Notes under the pieces: model-generated
Databases searched by the model: none
What the model saw: the letters and a program-made list of their open reading frames with translations, nothing else
What the model was told of the DNA's origin: nothing
From: Verrucomicrobiota bacterium
GTDB lineage: Bacteria; Verrucomicrobiota; Verrucomicrobiia; Opitutales; Cerasicoccaceae
DNA: 64,000 bases
Direction: 5' to 3'
Assembly (NCBI GenBank): GCA_039818205.1
Contig: JBCBUK010000002.1
Span: forward strand, 384,001 to 448,000
Part shown: piece by piece, positions 40,050 to 48,300 of the stretch
Layout of the letters: the number at the start of each line of letters is the position of its first letter
How positions within the stretch are numbered: position 1 is the first letter of the stretch
Position numbers and translations under genes: made by a program

Positions 40050-41462
40050 ATGTCGGGCTTATCATATCAGTCAATTCAGGAAGCACTCGCTTCTCAGCCC
40101 TTGTTTGAGAACAAGACTTGGCGCTTGTCTCCCGAGCCTTGGCGTTTGACGCGCAAGCAGATCGCCAATCTCGAATCGATTGGGCAAGCTTGTCTGGATT
40201 TCTACCTGGGCTTGGATAATCTTTATCGCCGTTGTGCGGAAGACCGGAATCTCCTGCGAAATCGGGAACTGAAGGCACCCTGGGTGTGTAGCTATTTGGA
40301 CCGCGGGAAGCCTCGGCGCCTCATTGAACACGCCCGCTTGAAACGATTCAAAGGGCAGGTCCCGTTGGTGTTGCGGCCTGATTTACTGCAGACTGACGAT
40401 GGTTTTGCTCTGACAGAGATGGATAGCGTGCCTGGCGGGCTTGGGCTGACGGCGTTTTTAAATCGCCTGTACGGGATGAACGAACGCGCTTTTGCGCAGG
40501 ATATCGTTGGTGGCGCTGGCGATGTCGAAATCGATTGGCACCGCTGCCTGGCCAACTGCGTCCCCGGCAACGATAATCCGCTGATTGTAATCATCGTCAG
40601 CGACGAGGCCGCCGTTTATCGGCCCGAGTTTGATTACTTGGCAGCGCGGTTGCGTGAGCATGGTTTGCGGGTTCACGCGCGGCACCCGGACGACTTGATG
40701 CCAATGGGCGATAGCCTGTGCGTGCCAGTTGATGGAAACCCCGAACAGGTCGATGTGATCTATCGCTTTTGGGAGTTGTTTGACGTCGGCAATGTTTCGA
40801 CCGCGCAGGATATTCTAAGAGCGTCCGAGGAGGGCGAGGTTGTTGTGTCTCCACCGATGAAAGCGTACCAGGAGGAGAAGCTGAACCTTGCGTTGTTGCA
40901 TCACCCAGTGCTGGATGACTATTGGCGAGAGAACTTGCCTCGGCGGTCTTATAAAATCCTCAAGCAGGTTGTTCCCCATTCTTGGATCATTGATCCCGTT
41001 GAACTCCCGCCAAATGGTGTGCTTGATGCGCCTTGGGTTGATGGGAAGCCAATTCGTGAGTGGGAGCAGCTCTCAGAAGCGAGCCAGAAAGAGCGAAACT
41101 TGATCATCAAGGCCAGCGGATTTCACGAAACGGCTTGGGGGGCACGCAGCGTAACGCTCGGGAGCGACAGTTCCAAAGCGGATTGGCTGGAGGCGATCGA
41201 GGAAGCTGTCGATCTGGCAGACGAGACGCTGCACATTTTGCAGGACTATCGGAAGCCAATGCGCCTCAAGCATCCTGTGTTCACCGAGGACGGCTCGGGG
41301 GTCTATGAAATGGAGGGACGCCTTCGGCTGACGCCGTTCTTCCTTGTGGATGGGGACCGCGCAAAGCTTTCCGCATGTTTGGCCACGTTTTGTCCGGCTG
41401 ATAAGAAGATCATCCATGGGATGCGGGATGCTGCCATGCTCCCGTGCCGCGTCGTGGATTGA
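40050..41462 (+). CDS. Putative circularly permuted ATP-grasp/glutathionylspermidine synthase-like ligase
   Basis: LRPDLL..GFALTEMDSVPGG, DVIYRFWE, EEKL.LALL, IIKASG..WGARSV, ILQDY, RLTPFF. Confidence 0.7.
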   Translation: MSGLSYQSIQEALASQPLFENKTWRLSPEPWRLTRKQIANLESIGQACLDFYLGLDNLYRRCAEDRNLLRNRELKAPWVCSYLDRGKPRRLIEHARLKRFKGQVPLVLRPDLLQTDDGFALTEMDSVPGGLGLTAFLNRLYGMNERAFAQDIVGGAGDVEIDWHRCLANCVPGNDNPLIVIIVSDEAAVYRPEFDYLAARLREHGLRVHARHPDDLMPMGDSLCVPVDGNPEQVDVIYRFWELFDVGNVSTAQDILRASEEGEVVVSPPMKAYQEEKLNLALLHHPVLDDYWRENLPRRSYKILKQVVPHSWIIDPVELPPNGVLDAPWVDGKPIREWEQLSEASQKERNLIIKASGFHETAWGARSVTLGSDSSKADWLEAIEEAVDLADETLHILQDYRKPMRLKHPVFTEDGSGVYEMEGRLRLTPFFLVDGDRAKLSACLATFCPADKKIIHGMRDAAMLPCRVVD

Positions 41463-41470
41463 ACCCGAGT

Positions 41471-42088
41471 CTAATCGACGACCTTCGCTTGGCGGGCGGC
41501 TTTTTCGTTGAGGTAAATCTCGCTTAGGCGGGCGAAATCTTCATCTTTGGTGCCGCTGACAATGACGTAATCGAAATGCTTGGATGCGAGCAGCTCGCTT
41601 TGGGCTGTTTCGATTCGGCGTTGGATTTCTGCCTCGTCATCGCTACCCCGAGTATCGAGCCGCTCCCGTATCTGATCGGCGGTTATTTCCAAGAAAACGG
41701 AAATCACCCGGCCATTGAGTGCTTCGGAATCCAAGGATGCCTGACGGTATGTCGCAGCACCTTGGACGTCCACGTTGAGCAATAAATCGACTCCAGCGGC
41801 AAGCTTCTCATCGATCTCCCGCTTCAGCGAGCCGTAGAATCGCCCATGGACCTGAGCGTGCTCGTAGAATTCGCCCTCAGCGATCATCCGCTCAAACTCC
41901 TCTGGCGGGAAAAAATAGTAGTCGGTTCCGTCAATTTCGCCCGCCCGCGGTGCGCGACTGGTCGAGGTAATTACCCGGCTGAGCCCGTCGTAGGAGTTCA
42001 GCATGCGATCGCATAGCGTCGTTTTTCCGCTGCCAGCTGGGCCGGAAACGACAAGCATGAGTCCTGATGGGGGTGAGCGGTCGGGCAT
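41471..42088 (-). CDS. gmk: Guanylate kinase
   Basis: SGPAGSGKTT, TSRAPRAGEIDGTDYYF, E.A.VHG.FYGS, DVQGA. Confidence 0.95.
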   Translation of the reverse strand: MPDRSPPSGLMLVVSGPAGSGKTTLCDRMLNSYDGLSRVITSTSRAPRAGEIDGTDYYFFPPEEFERMIAEGEFYEHAQVHGRFYGSLKREIDEKLAAGVDLLLNVDVQGAATYRQASLDSEALNGRVISVFLEITADQIRERLDTRGSDDEAEIQRRIETAQSELLASKHFDYVIVSGTKDEDFARLSEIYLNEKAARQAKVVD

Positions 42089-42210
42089 CTCGGTAAGGAT
42101 TGGGTAGCGAGCCCGACCTGACAAGAAAACTCTGAGATCTTCCTCCGTGGAGAAAGCCACGAAGTGAGTGCTCCCGACAATCGGATCCGCCGATTGCGTC
42201 AAACGTTTCG

Positions 42211-42741
42211 TTACCAGAGGTTCGGATCGCGAAGTGGCGTCACGCACTGGATGTTCCCAAAGGGTGGTTGACCATCATCAGAGCTTCTAATCATGACCTG
42301 CCAACCAAAGGGGAACTGAAGCGTATAGGGCGGGACAAAATTCTTAGCTGCGTCTTGTTCGAACCCGAATCGATTGTAGTAGTTCGGATCTCCATAGACG
42401 AAAAATACTGAGACGCCCTTCTCGGATAGTGTTTTAAGGCCGCATTCTACGAGCTCAGATCCAATTCGACGTTTTTGGTGGTCCTCGGAGACTGCCAGCG
42501 GCGCGAGAATGTATCCGCGGATATCGCTCTCTTTGGCAAACGTCACTGGGCTGAACGCGACATGGCCGACGATCGAGTTATCGATTTCGGCAACTAGCGA
42601 GAGACTATCGACCGCTCCGGCTTCCAATAGTATGTCGCAGGCCAGGCTCGAGACTGCGTCTGATTCGCTTGCCGGGAAAGCGCTTGCGTAGACCTTCTGA
42701 ATTTCCTCGCGATCATGCTTAGAAGCTTCGCGGACTTTCAT
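42211..42741 (-). CDS. GNAT N-acetyltransferase (YhbS-like)
   Basis: SLVAE..IVGHVAFSPV, LAPLAV..Q.R.IGS, VYGDPNYYNRFGF. Confidence 0.9.
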   Translation of the reverse strand: MKVREASKHDREEIQKVYASAFPASESDAVSSLACDILLEAGAVDSLSLVAEIDNSIVGHVAFSPVTFAKESDIRGYILAPLAVSEDHQKRRIGSELVECGLKTLSEKGVSVFFVYGDPNYYNRFGFEQDAAKNFVPPYTLQFPFGWQVMIRSSDDGQPPFGNIQCVTPLRDPNLW

Positions 42742-42763
42742 CGCTTTCGGCCCAGAAGTTTCT

Positions 42764-43303
42764 CTAGTAGGTGAAGGAGATGATCACCAAGGCGGCACCG
42801 GTCGCTACGAAGCTGACCCCGAATGCCTTGAGGCGCTTGGGTTGAGCCCAGAGCCACTCAAAGAGATTGCGCATCAGGTAGGGCATCGTGCCGATGAACA
42901 TTGCGGCAATTACCAGGATGTAAACCACGGTTACTAGAAGCAGGCGTTGTGGTTCCTCGTAGCGCATGTAGGCCGCTCCTAATACTGGCCCCGCGCCCAG
43001 GAGAATCAAGCCGGCTAGTCCGCGCACGGGCAGAAAGTCTGGCGTGAAGAAAAACGCACCAACAGCGGTTACCCCAAAGATTGCGAGCAGGATATTCTTC
43101 CAATTGCCAAAATCGGCGGGTCCGAGCTGGGTGATGTGGAAAAGGAACCAGACTGATGCGGCCCCGAAAAGGACGATCGCGGCTGGCTGGGAACGGAGTA
43201 GAGCGAAAGCCTGGCTACGCACTTTCTCGCCACCCTTCAAAAATGGTAATCCCCAGGCGATTAGAATAAGGCCAGTTATAAATGTTGCCGCAAACAAAGT
43301 CAT
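42764..43303 (-). CDS. Hypothetical multi-pass membrane protein
   Basis: About 6 hydrophobic segments; GPADFG, DFLPVRG, PYLMR. Confidence 0.75.
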   Translation of the reverse strand: MTLFAATFITGLILIAWGLPFLKGGEKVRSQAFALLRSQPAAIVLFGAASVWFLFHITQLGPADFGNWKNILLAIFGVTAVGAFFFTPDFLPVRGLAGLILLGAGPVLGAAYMRYEEPQRLLLVTVVYILVIAAMFIGTMPYLMRNLFEWLWAQPKRLKAFGVSFVATGAALVIISFTY

Positions 43304-43486
43304 GAAGTCCGCGAAGATGTGCCATATCACGGAGATTGAAAAGACTAATTTTCAGGTGCGATACGGTGTTGAATGGTCGCCTTGTATGGAGGTGAATCCT
43401 CATTTCCCGGAATATCGACCTAATCGTTTTGCCAATCGACCGAAAGTTACATAGTCTTGAGCGTATCATCTGTTGTTGTTAACACC

Positions 43487-43669
43487 ATGACTACCTCTAA
43501 AACGATTCGCTTAAATCAATCTCGACTCACTCCGAGGCAGCGACTTGAGCTGGAACGTTGGGCCCACTTGAACGGCATGAGTTTACAAGAGTACATTAGT
43601 ATGACGGAAACCATCCAATACAAATGCTTGCGCTCTCGGCAGTTCAATATGTCCCGCGTTTCTGAATAG
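43487..43669 (+). CDS. Small protein, possible ribbon-helix-helix DNA-binding protein
   Basis: 60 aa; RLTPRQRLELERWAHLNGMSLQEYI pattern; occupies an otherwise empty gap. Confidence 0.45.
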   Translation: MTTSKTIRLNQSRLTPRQRLELERWAHLNGMSLQEYISMTETIQYKCLRSRQFNMSRVSE

Positions 43670-43689
43670 CTTTAAGCCTGTTTCTGGTG

Positions 43690-44400
43690 CTAGAACTCGA
43701 AGCCCATTTGCGAGGGCGGAGCTGGCATTTCGGTTGTCGGCTCGATACACTCGACACTGTCATTTTTCGTGCTGTTGACTAGGGGCGTCACCGGCTCGCG
43801 GACAAAATAGTCGTTGTCTGGCGCTACCAGCAGATCCTTGAATTCGGCGGGTCGCTGAGAGGTCGGGTCGAGCCAACGGTCGTAGTCCTGCTCATGAATG
43901 ATGACTGGCATGCGATCATGGATGGGGGCCATGAAATCGTTGGCTGCTGTGGTTAATATGGCCATGGATTCAATTTCTGAGCCGTCCGGAGATCCCCAGT
44001 GGTCGAACAACGCGGCAAAGCAAAAGGGTTGGCGGTCTTTGCGCCGGAAATAATAGGGCTGTTTTGTTCCACGAGTTCCTCGCCATTCGAAAAAGCCGTC
44101 GGCAGGGATGAGGCAGCGGTGGTGGCGCATCGGGCCACGAAAAGCCGGCTTGTCCGCTGCGGTTTCGGATCGCGCGTTGAGCATCTTGTAGCCAATTGAG
44201 GGCTCTTTGGCCCAGAAGGGAACCAAGCCCCAATTGAAAATAGCCAACTCGCGGGTGGCATCAGTCTCATGGGCTCGAACCGCAGCGATTGGCTGGCCCG
44301 GTGCAATATTGTAGCGCGCCTTCATTTTTGGGCTGCGCAGCAGCCGCAACTTACCGCGTAACGCGGTATCCGCTTTGGTTAATGTATATCGGCCACACAT
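43690..44400 (-). CDS. SOS response-associated peptidase (SRAP/YedK, abasic-site protein)
   Basis: MCGRY N-terminus, YNIAP, WGLVP, NARSET, RCLIPADGFFEW, IHDRMP. Confidence 0.96.
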   Translation of the reverse strand: MCGRYTLTKADTALRGKLRLLRSPKMKARYNIAPGQPIAAVRAHETDATRELAIFNWGLVPFWAKEPSIGYKMLNARSETAADKPAFRGPMRHHRCLIPADGFFEWRGTRGTKQPYYFRRKDRQPFCFAALFDHWGSPDGSEIESMAILTTAANDFMAPIHDRMPVIIHEQDYDRWLDPTSQRPAEFKDLLVAPDNDYFVREPVTPLVNSTKNDSVECIEPTTEMPAPPSQMGFEF

Positions 44401-44521
44401 TCCGCGAACATATTCGCGACAGTTAATGTCTCAAGTCTGAATCGGTAGGGTGTCCCGTGCTAAATGAGGGAAAATTCCTTGCCTCGAACCCGATCTCGCG
44501 TCTGCTTGGTGCCCTGACATC

Positions 44522-45676
44522 ATGGCATACGACTTCGACACCATCCTAGACCGAGAAGGAACCGGATCTCTCAAGTGGGACAAATACGCGGGCCGCGACG
44601 TGCTACCCCTGTGGGTGGCGGACATGGATTTTCGCTCGGCACCCGAGATCCTTGAGGCGCTCAACGCCCGGACGGCACATGGTGTCATGGGGTATACGCT
44701 GCCACATACGGAGGTTATTGATGCCGTGCTTGGCTATTTGTCGCGTGTTCATGGCTATGAGGCCAAGGCCGAGTGGTTGCACTGGCTGCCGGGTGTCGTT
44801 CCGGCGCTGAATGTTGTCGCCCGCGCTTACGGAGGGCCCGAGGACGAGATTATGACCTGCACGCCGGTCTACCCGCCATTTCTTTCGTGCGCACCATGGC
44901 AGTCCAAGGGATTGGTTACCAGCCACCTTAAGCGGGTCGGGGATGAGTGGACCTTTGATTTTGCGGATATGGAGGCGAAGGTTTCTTCCAAAACCAAAGC
45001 CTTTATCTTGTGCAATCCGCACAATCCGGTGGGCCGGGTCTTCCGGGAAGACGAAATCCGGGCACTGGCCGATTTTTGCGAGCGCCATGACCTAATCCTG
45101 ATTTCTGATGAGATCCATAGCGACCTCTTGTTTCCGGGGAATGAGCACATCATGACGGCGACTCTCGGTGAGGATATTGCTGCGCGGACGGTGACGCTGA
45201 GTGCGCCCAGTAAAACCTATAATCTGCCGGGCCTTGCCTGCGCCTTTTCGGTGATTCCCGATGATCAATTGCGGACCCAGTTCAAACTGGCCGCCCGTGG
45301 ATTTATCACCGAAGTCAATTGTTTTGGCTATGCAGGATGTGCTGCCGCCTACAATCTAGGTGAGCCCTGGCGTGTCGAACTCATGGACTATTTGACTGGC
45401 AATCGCGACTACCTCTATGACTTTGTCGCGCAAAGCTTGCCTGGGGTTGAGTTCGAGCAAACCATGCAGGCGACCTACCTTGCATGGATGAATGTTTCCG
45501 GTCTAAAAGAGCGGGGCATTGAAAACCCTCATGCGTTCTTTGTGCGCAATGGTGTCGGCCTTTCGCCTGGTTCCGACTTTGGCGATGGTGATTACCTCCG
45601 GCTCAACTTCGGATGCCCGCGTGCCACGCTCGAGCAGGCCTTGGACCGGATGGCCAAGGCAATCGATAGCCTATAG
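44522..45676 (+). CDS. PatB/MalY family PLP-dependent C-S lyase
   Basis: SLKWD, PLWVADMDF, LCNPHNPVGR, SDEIH, APSKTYN, YLAW, RLNFGCP. Confidence 0.93.
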   Translation: MAYDFDTILDREGTGSLKWDKYAGRDVLPLWVADMDFRSAPEILEALNARTAHGVMGYTLPHTEVIDAVLGYLSRVHGYEAKAEWLHWLPGVVPALNVVARAYGGPEDEIMTCTPVYPPFLSCAPWQSKGLVTSHLKRVGDEWTFDFADMEAKVSSKTKAFILCNPHNPVGRVFREDEIRALADFCERHDLILISDEIHSDLLFPGNEHIMTATLGEDIAARTVTLSAPSKTYNLPGLACAFSVIPDDQLRTQFKLAARGFITEVNCFGYAGCAAAYNLGEPWRVELMDYLTGNRDYLYDFVAQSLPGVEFEQTMQATYLAWMNVSGLKERGIENPHAFFVRNGVGLSPGSDFGDGDYLRLNFGCPRATLEQALDRMAKAIDSL

Positions 45677-45678
45677 CG

Positions 45679-46380
45679 CTACTGCTGAACGAGCTCGGCT
45701 TGAATCGAGGCAACGGTCTCGGAGGGATCATCTGCACGAAGAATCGGTCGCCCAACAACGATGTAGCTGCTGCCCAAGCGGGCCGCCTGTGACGGGGTCA
45801 TCACCCGTTGCTGGTCGTCAAGAGAGGATCCGGCAGGCCGTATGCCTGGAGTGACTAACGTTGAGTCAAAGGAGAGTTCGTCGCGGAGCATGCGCAGCTC
45901 TTGCGGGGAGCAAACCAATCCGCCAGCACCACTTTCGAGGGCCAGGCGTCCCAAGCGCAGAACCTGTTCATCGGTTTCGGCATCAATTCCGCAGTCGGCC
46001 AAGGATGCGCGCTTCATCGAGGTGAGCACTGTGACCGCCAATACTGTCGCATTGGGAAGCGCTTCATTCGCTGCCTCGCTGGCTGCCTGGATCATTTCCC
46101 GCCCGCCGCTGGCGTGAATGGTCAAGAGACCAACGGGTGTGCCACTCAGACTCTTAACCGCCGATGCCACCGTGTTGGGTATGTCGTGCATCTTAAGGTC
46201 GAGGAAAATGCTGTAGCCCCGTTCAGCGACAGCGTCGAGTAGGGCAGGGCCCTCTTTGACGAACAGTTGGAGCCCTATCTTAACCCATTTTAAGCCTCCC
46301 CCAATACCGTCCAGCATCGTAATCGCAGTCGATTTATCTGGAACGTCAAGGGCAAGAATCAGTTCGGTCTGTTTTGGCAT
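45679..46380 (-). CDS. pyrF: Orotidine-5'-phosphate decarboxylase
   Basis: LALD, KIG, FLDLKMHDIPNTV, VTVLTS, VTPGIR, DDQ.R, VVGRPI. Confidence 0.97.
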   Translation of the reverse strand: MPKQTELILALDVPDKSTAITMLDGIGGGLKWVKIGLQLFVKEGPALLDAVAERGYSIFLDLKMHDIPNTVASAVKSLSGTPVGLLTIHASGGREMIQAASEAANEALPNATVLAVTVLTSMKRASLADCGIDAETDEQVLRLGRLALESGAGGLVCSPQELRMLRDELSFDSTLVTPGIRPAGSSLDDQQRVMTPSQAARLGSSYIVVGRPILRADDPSETVASIQAELVQQ

Positions 46381-46479
46381 GGCTGCATGCTGAAGCAGAC
46401 CTGAAGCACTGGCAATACTTCCTGAAAAAAGAATTTGCGAGGCGGCTCCAGATGGCCCCTCGCTTTACGACGCAACGGG

Positions 46480-46992
46480 TTACTTCCCTTGGTCAGCCCA
46501 AAGCTGGTCGGCCCGTTTCGATAGCTTCTTTTGATCGGCTGCCGATTCTTCATTCCACTTGGCGAGGGTGTCGCCCCAAAAGCCATCGTAGAATAGATAC
46601 AAGCGGCCGTCGTAGATTTTGTAGCTCTTCGGGTCGATTTCGACGCGGCTACCGTCGTCGGCCATGGCCCAGGCGCACCACCCACCGAAGGCGGGTTCAA
46701 ACTTACTGGGGTCCGTATCAAAAGATTGCTTGTTGGCCGTGCTGGAAAATCGATAGGTTACCCCATTGTATTTGCTGGTGATCGATGCTTTCCCTTTGGT
46801 GGGTTGGCCGTGAAAATAGGAAACCGGGTCGTATCCCGATAATCCTAAACCATCTTCGGTGTTGAAGGTATCTAATCGCTTTTCCGAGGACCAGTTACTT
46901 TGTCCGGCAGAGTTAGTGGGCTCTGCATGTGCAGTCAAACTAGCGACGCAAAGGGTAATGATTCCGAGCCAGGTGGTTGTTGAGTTTTTCAT
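46480..46992 (-). CDS. Secreted YHS domain protein (Cys form)
   Basis: Signal peptide; GYDPVSYF, Y.F....N...F..DP..F.P.FGGWCAWAM, LYLFY. Confidence 0.9.
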   Translation of the reverse strand: MKNSTTTWLGIITLCVASLTAHAEPTNSAGQSNWSSEKRLDTFNTEDGLGLSGYDPVSYFHGQPTKGKASITSKYNGVTYRFSSTANKQSFDTDPSKFEPAFGGWCAWAMADDGSRVEIDPKSYKIYDGRLYLFYDGFWGDTLAKWNEESAADQKKLSKRADQLWADQGK

Positions 46993-47103
46993 AGGAAAGT
47001 TTGTTTGTTCTAACTTATTAGACGGCGCAAAGCGCATTCCCTTTCGATGCGTTTTGGTTTTTATTTTCTGCAAGCATCGGATTCTAAACCCGACTGAAAT
47101 GAC

Positions 47104-47532
47104 ATGAGTGATTCATCAATGAGACTATCTAAAGGTGCAATGATCGCCAGCTGGATTTTTCAAGTCGCTGTTGCAGTGATTTTGCTTCAAACCCTCTATT
47201 TCAAATTCACTGGGGCGGAGGTGACAAAGCACATCTTTGAGAGCATCAACGCCGAGCCATTTGGCCGATATGCTTCAGGTGTCGCCGAATTGATTGCTGC
47301 AATTTTTTTGCTTTGGCCACGCTTTGCCTGGTTTGGCGCAGCACTCGCAATGGGGGTATTGGCTGGTGCAATTGTCACGCACCTGGGGCCGTTGGGGATT
47401 ACTTTCGACTATCCTGGTGGACACGAAGACGGATCACTCTTCGGTTTGGGCGTGTTCGCATTCCTCGGAAGTAGCGTTGTGCTGTTTATCCGCCGCCGAT
47501 CCATTCCGATTGTTGGCGAGCGGCTTGGATAG
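47104..47532 (+). CDS. DoxX family membrane protein
   Basis: ILLQTLYFKFTG, EPFGR..G..E, GAI.THL..LGI, DGSLF. Confidence 0.88.
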   Translation: MSDSSMRLSKGAMIASWIFQVAVAVILLQTLYFKFTGAEVTKHIFESINAEPFGRYASGVAELIAAIFLLWPRFAWFGAALAMGVLAGAIVTHLGPLGITFDYPGGHEDGSLFGLGVFAFLGSSVVLFIRRRSIPIVGERLG

Positions 47533-47617
47533 AGGGCGCTTATAAATGTGAGAGCCGATTATAATTTTCAAAGTCCAGAAAGACTGCTAGATTAGCTGAA
47601 AATCCAATATTATTGCT

Positions 47618-48214
47618 ATGACAGGTCTAATTGTTTTCGGAGTTCTTATTTTAATCGGCGTCGTCTTGGTTTTCATGACGATCGGCATGTACAACAAATT
47701 GGTTACGTTACGTAACCGGTTTAAGAATGCGTTTGCGCAGATTGATGTTCAGTTGAAACGTCGCTACGACCTGATTCCCAATCTCGTTGAGACCGCAAAG
47801 GGTTATATGAAGCACGAGCGTGAGACGCTTGAAGCAGTCATCCAAGCCCGAAACATGGCAGCCTCGGCCAACGATAAGGCTGCGCAAAATCCGGACGATC
47901 CGGGCGCTATTAAGGGACTCTTGGGTGCTGAAGCTGCGTTGACCGGTACGCTGGGCAAGCTGTTTGCACTGTCGGAAGCGTATCCAGACCTGAAGGCGAA
48001 CCAGAACATGATGCAGTTGACCGAGGAGCTGACCTCGACGGAAAACAAAATCGCATTCGCCCGTCAGGCATTCAACGACTCGGTTATGGCCTACAATACC
48101 GAGCGTGAGACTTTCCCCACCGTTCTTATCGCCGGGCCATTTGGCTTTCAGCCCGCAGAGTTGTTCGAAATTACCAACCCGCAGGAACGCGAAGCTGTCA
48201 CGGTTTCGTTCTAA
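47618..48214 (+). CDS. lemA: LemA family protein
   Basis: YNKLV.LRN, QIDVQLKRRYDLIPNLV, EAYPDLKAN, ENKIAFARQ. Confidence 0.96.
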   Translation: MTGLIVFGVLILIGVVLVFMTIGMYNKLVTLRNRFKNAFAQIDVQLKRRYDLIPNLVETAKGYMKHERETLEAVIQARNMAASANDKAAQNPDDPGAIKGLLGAEAALTGTLGKLFALSEAYPDLKANQNMMQLTEELTSTENKIAFARQAFNDSVMAYNTERETFPTVLIAGPFGFQPAELFEITNPQEREAVTVSF

Positions 48215-48300
48215 CCAGACGACTAATTTGAAACAATTCCTGAGGGCCAATAAACCCTCGGGAATACCCTCGGGCGACAGCTCAACGGAAGTTTCTAACT

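Noticed and set aside
42089..42247. N-terminal extension of gmk given in the ORF track, or an ncRNA in this gap
   Set aside because: The extension overlaps the GNAT gene and lacks kinase similarity; the small hairpins match no RNA family I recognise
46480..46992. Selenocysteine recoding in the YHS protein
   Set aside because: The relevant codon is TGC (Cys) and there is no in-frame TGA
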